DNA from: Okeania sp.
GTDB taxonomy: Bacteria; Cyanobacteriota; Cyanobacteriia; Cyanobacteriales; Microcoleaceae
NCBI RefSeq assembly: GCF_035285525.1
Contig: NZ_JAYKGW010000175.1
Span: forward strand, 19,305-51,304
Direction: 5' to 3'
Length of the DNA: 32,000 bases
Made by a program: the position numbers and the translations under genes. The notes beneath the pieces were generated by a model. That model was given only the letters and a program-made list of their open reading frames with translations, had not been told where the DNA came from and ran no database searches. Positions 29,884 through 32,000 of this stretch are shown here, piece by piece; the first letter of the stretch is position 1, and each line of letters opens with the position of its first letter.

Positions 29884-31755
29884 ATGTCATTAAAAAAACA
29901 ATCAAATTTGAATACCTCTGAAGAATATGCCAACCTTGCTAATATATATGCTCAAGAAAAACAATGGGATTTAGCAATTGAAAATTTACGTCAAGCTATT
30001 GCATTAAAACCTAATTTTTCTTGGCATTACTATCACTTAGGCCAAGCTTTATGCGAAAAAGAAAATTGGCATGAAGCTATAAAAAATTATGATCGGGCAA
30101 TTGAGTTAAATAATAATTTTTATTGGTCTTATTATAATTTAGGAAATGTTTTAAGTAAGTTAGTCAGATGGGAGGAGGCGGTTAAAGCTTACAAAAATGC
30201 AATTAAAATAGATGGAAATTTTCCCTGGTCTTATTACAATTTAGGCGATGCTTTAATCAAGTTACAAAAATGGGATGAAGCTATATATAATTATCTCTAT
30301 GTAACTCAATTTGAGACAGAGTTACCAGGAATTTACAGTAAATTAGGAGATGCAATAGAAAAAAAATATCAGTCAAGTTTAGATATAAAAGTTAAGGATT
30401 ACTGGAAAGTTATTCAAGATATTAAGCAAGATTTTATTGATAATAAATTACTACAAAATTTTCAGCAAAACCCTAATTTATTCGTACAAGTAGCAGATGG
30501 TTTAACTAAAGCAAATCAAATTAACGGGGCAATTATTTTCTATAAAATAGCTCTAGAGTTTCATCAAGATGATGTAAATATTTCTGAAAAATTACAACAA
30601 GTATTAGATAAAAAAAATCAGTTAGAACGAGAAATTTTAGAAATTATAAAAACAATAAAATTAAATCCAAATAGTATGTCTTACTATGATTTAGGTATTG
30701 CTTTAACTCGACAACAAAAATGGGATGAAGCAGTTGTAGCTTACCGTCAAGGTATTGAAATGGAACCTGATTTTCATTGGTGGTTTTATTACAATATATG
30801 GGAAGCTTTTGCTAGGGAAGATAAACTAACAGAAATATTAACTTTTTTCCAGGAATTTCAGAAAGCTCATCCTCACTCTTTTTGGTGTTACTTAAATATA
30901 GGAGAAGCTCTAACACATTTGGGTAAAATTGATGAAGCTATACCTTATTATCAAACTGCTTGTTATCAGCAAACTAAGCATTTTTTCCCTAAGTTAGTAT
31001 TTCCAACTTGGAATTTAGGAGAAGCACAAGGACCGAGTTTTATAATTATTGGAGTGCAAAAAGGAGGTACTACTTCTCTTTATGGTTATTTAACTCAACA
31101 CCCACAAATTATGTCTTGTTTGAAAAAAGAAGTTAATTTTTGGTCTTGGGCGTTTAATTGTTCAATTAATTGGTATTTAGCTCATTTTCCAGTTATTCCA
31201 AAGGGTGAAATTTTCTTGACTGGGGAAGCTAGTCCTAGTTATTTTCATCATCCTGATGCTGCCAGAAGAATTTATCAATTTTTTCCTAAAATTAAGTTGA
31301 TTCTACTTTTGAGAAATCCTGTAGATCGAGCTATATCTCAATATTATACTTGGAAAAGATTCAACTGGGAAAATCGCTCTTTAGAAGAGACCATTGGATC
31401 GCATTTAGATAAGTTAATTAAGGAACCAGAAAAAGTTAATTATTGGATGGGAGAACAAAATTATTTGGCTAAGGGAGTATATGTGGAATTTTTACAGGAA
31501 TGGATGAGTTGGTTCCCACGGGAGCAATTCCTAATTCTGAAAAGTGAGGATTTTTATACTAATCCCAAAACAACTTTACAGCAAGTTTTAAATTTTTTAG
31601 ATTTGCCAGAATACGAACTTTTAGAGTACAAGAATTATAATCCTGGAAATTATTCAGAAATCGAACCTTTAATGCGTAAGGAATTAAGTGATTATTTTCG
31701 AGTTCATAATCAAAGATTGGAAGAATATTTGGGGATAAAATTTAATTGGGAGTAG
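29884..31755 (+). CDS. TPR-repeat / sulfotransferase fusion protein
   Basis: At least four clean 34-aa TPR units at the N-terminus (e.g. SYYNLGNVLSKLVRWEEAVKAYKNAIKIDGNFPW) and more centrally. The C-terminal ~230 aa carry the PAPS 5'-phosphosulfate loop GVQKGGTTSL and the 3'-phosphate motif LLLRNPVDRAISQY. Confidence 0.85.
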   Translation: MSLKKQSNLNTSEEYANLANIYAQEKQWDLAIENLRQAIALKPNFSWHYYHLGQALCEKENWHEAIKNYDRAIELNNNFYWSYYNLGNVLSKLVRWEEAVKAYKNAIKIDGNFPWSYYNLGDALIKLQKWDEAIYNYLYVTQFETELPGIYSKLGDAIEKKYQSSLDIKVKDYWKVIQDIKQDFIDNKLLQNFQQNPNLFVQVADGLTKANQINGAIIFYKIALEFHQDDVNISEKLQQVLDKKNQLEREILEIIKTIKLNPNSMSYYDLGIALTRQQKWDEAVVAYRQGIEMEPDFHWWFYYNIWEAFAREDKLTEILTFFQEFQKAHPHSFWCYLNIGEALTHLGKIDEAIPYYQTACYQQTKHFFPKLVFPTWNLGEAQGPSFIIIGVQKGGTTSLYGYLTQHPQIMSCLKKEVNFWSWAFNCSINWYLAHFPVIPKGEIFLTGEASPSYFHHPDAARRIYQFFPKIKLILLLRNPVDRAISQYYTWKRFNWENRSLEETIGSHLDKLIKEPEKVNYWMGEQNYLAKGVYVEFLQEWMSWFPREQFLILKSEDFYTNPKTTLQQVLNFLDLPEYELLEYKNYNPGNYSEIEPLMRKELSDYFRVHNQRLEEYLGIKFNWE

Positions 31756-31877
31756 GTTATTTCAGTTATCAGTTATCAGCTTTTAGTTATCACTACCTCT
31801 TGGAATAAGGAAGCTTGAAATTATGATTAGTAAAAATATAGGTAATTATCAATTATCAATTATTGATTATCTAAAAT

Positions 31878-32000
31878 ATGTATTCAATTTTAACTCCAGA
31901 AATGTCAGCCTTTAATTTATGTCAAGAAGCAGAATCTTATTTAAAAGCAGAAAAATTAGATGCAGCTTATTTGACTTGTGAAAAAGCTCTAGAAATATTA
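31878..32000 (+). CDS. Start of another TPR-like protein (partial, runs off the window)
   Basis: ATG at 31878 with an open frame to the window end: MYSILTPEMSAFNLCQEAESYLKAEKLDAAYLTCEKALEI. The A-x-x-Y/L-x-x-A-L pattern is TPR-like. Only 41 codons are visible. Confidence 0.45.
   Translation, partial: MYSILTPEMSAFNLCQEAESYLKAEKLDAAYLTCEKALEIL

Overview
This is a visibly AT-rich chromosomal segment from a cyanobacterium, most likely a filamentous Nostocales-type organism. That placement is an inference from three things: HIP1 palindromes GCGATCGC (e.g. 2162-2169, 4055-4062, 4889-4896), many STRR-like heptamer and octamer arrays, and the cyanobacteria-specific genes pipX, psbH and psbN. The coding content is mostly housekeeping. 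It comprises an OmpR-type response regulator and histidine kinase pair, the conserved pipX-pipY-sepF-proC block, an orphan ECF-transporter T component, carB, a small ORF coupled to a ROK sugar kinase, pyrG, pth, tatA, psbH/psbN, aroC, an MBL-fold hydrolase, a thioredoxin-TPR protein and a TPR-sulfotransferase fusion. Genes are separated by unusually long spacers packed with dispersed repeats, MITE-like elements and tandem duplications. Two loci are clearly decayed: an IS607-type tnpA/tnpB remnant and a SAM-methyltransferase pseudogene split by a small insertion. I found no canonical defence island, CRISPR array, tRNA/rRNA gene or prophage. The most unusual items are listed here.

- Tandem decayed copies of the 3' end of the MBL-hydrolase gene.
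- A tandemly duplicated pyrG leader.
- An uncharacterised 158-aa protein made of two internal repeats.
- A ~125-bp element sitting at the same offset downstream of two unrelated genes.
- An AACCGGATT motif clustered around the two-component operon.
- Heptamer arrays that abut or supply gene ends.

All family assignments come from reading the translated motifs from memory. No database search was run.
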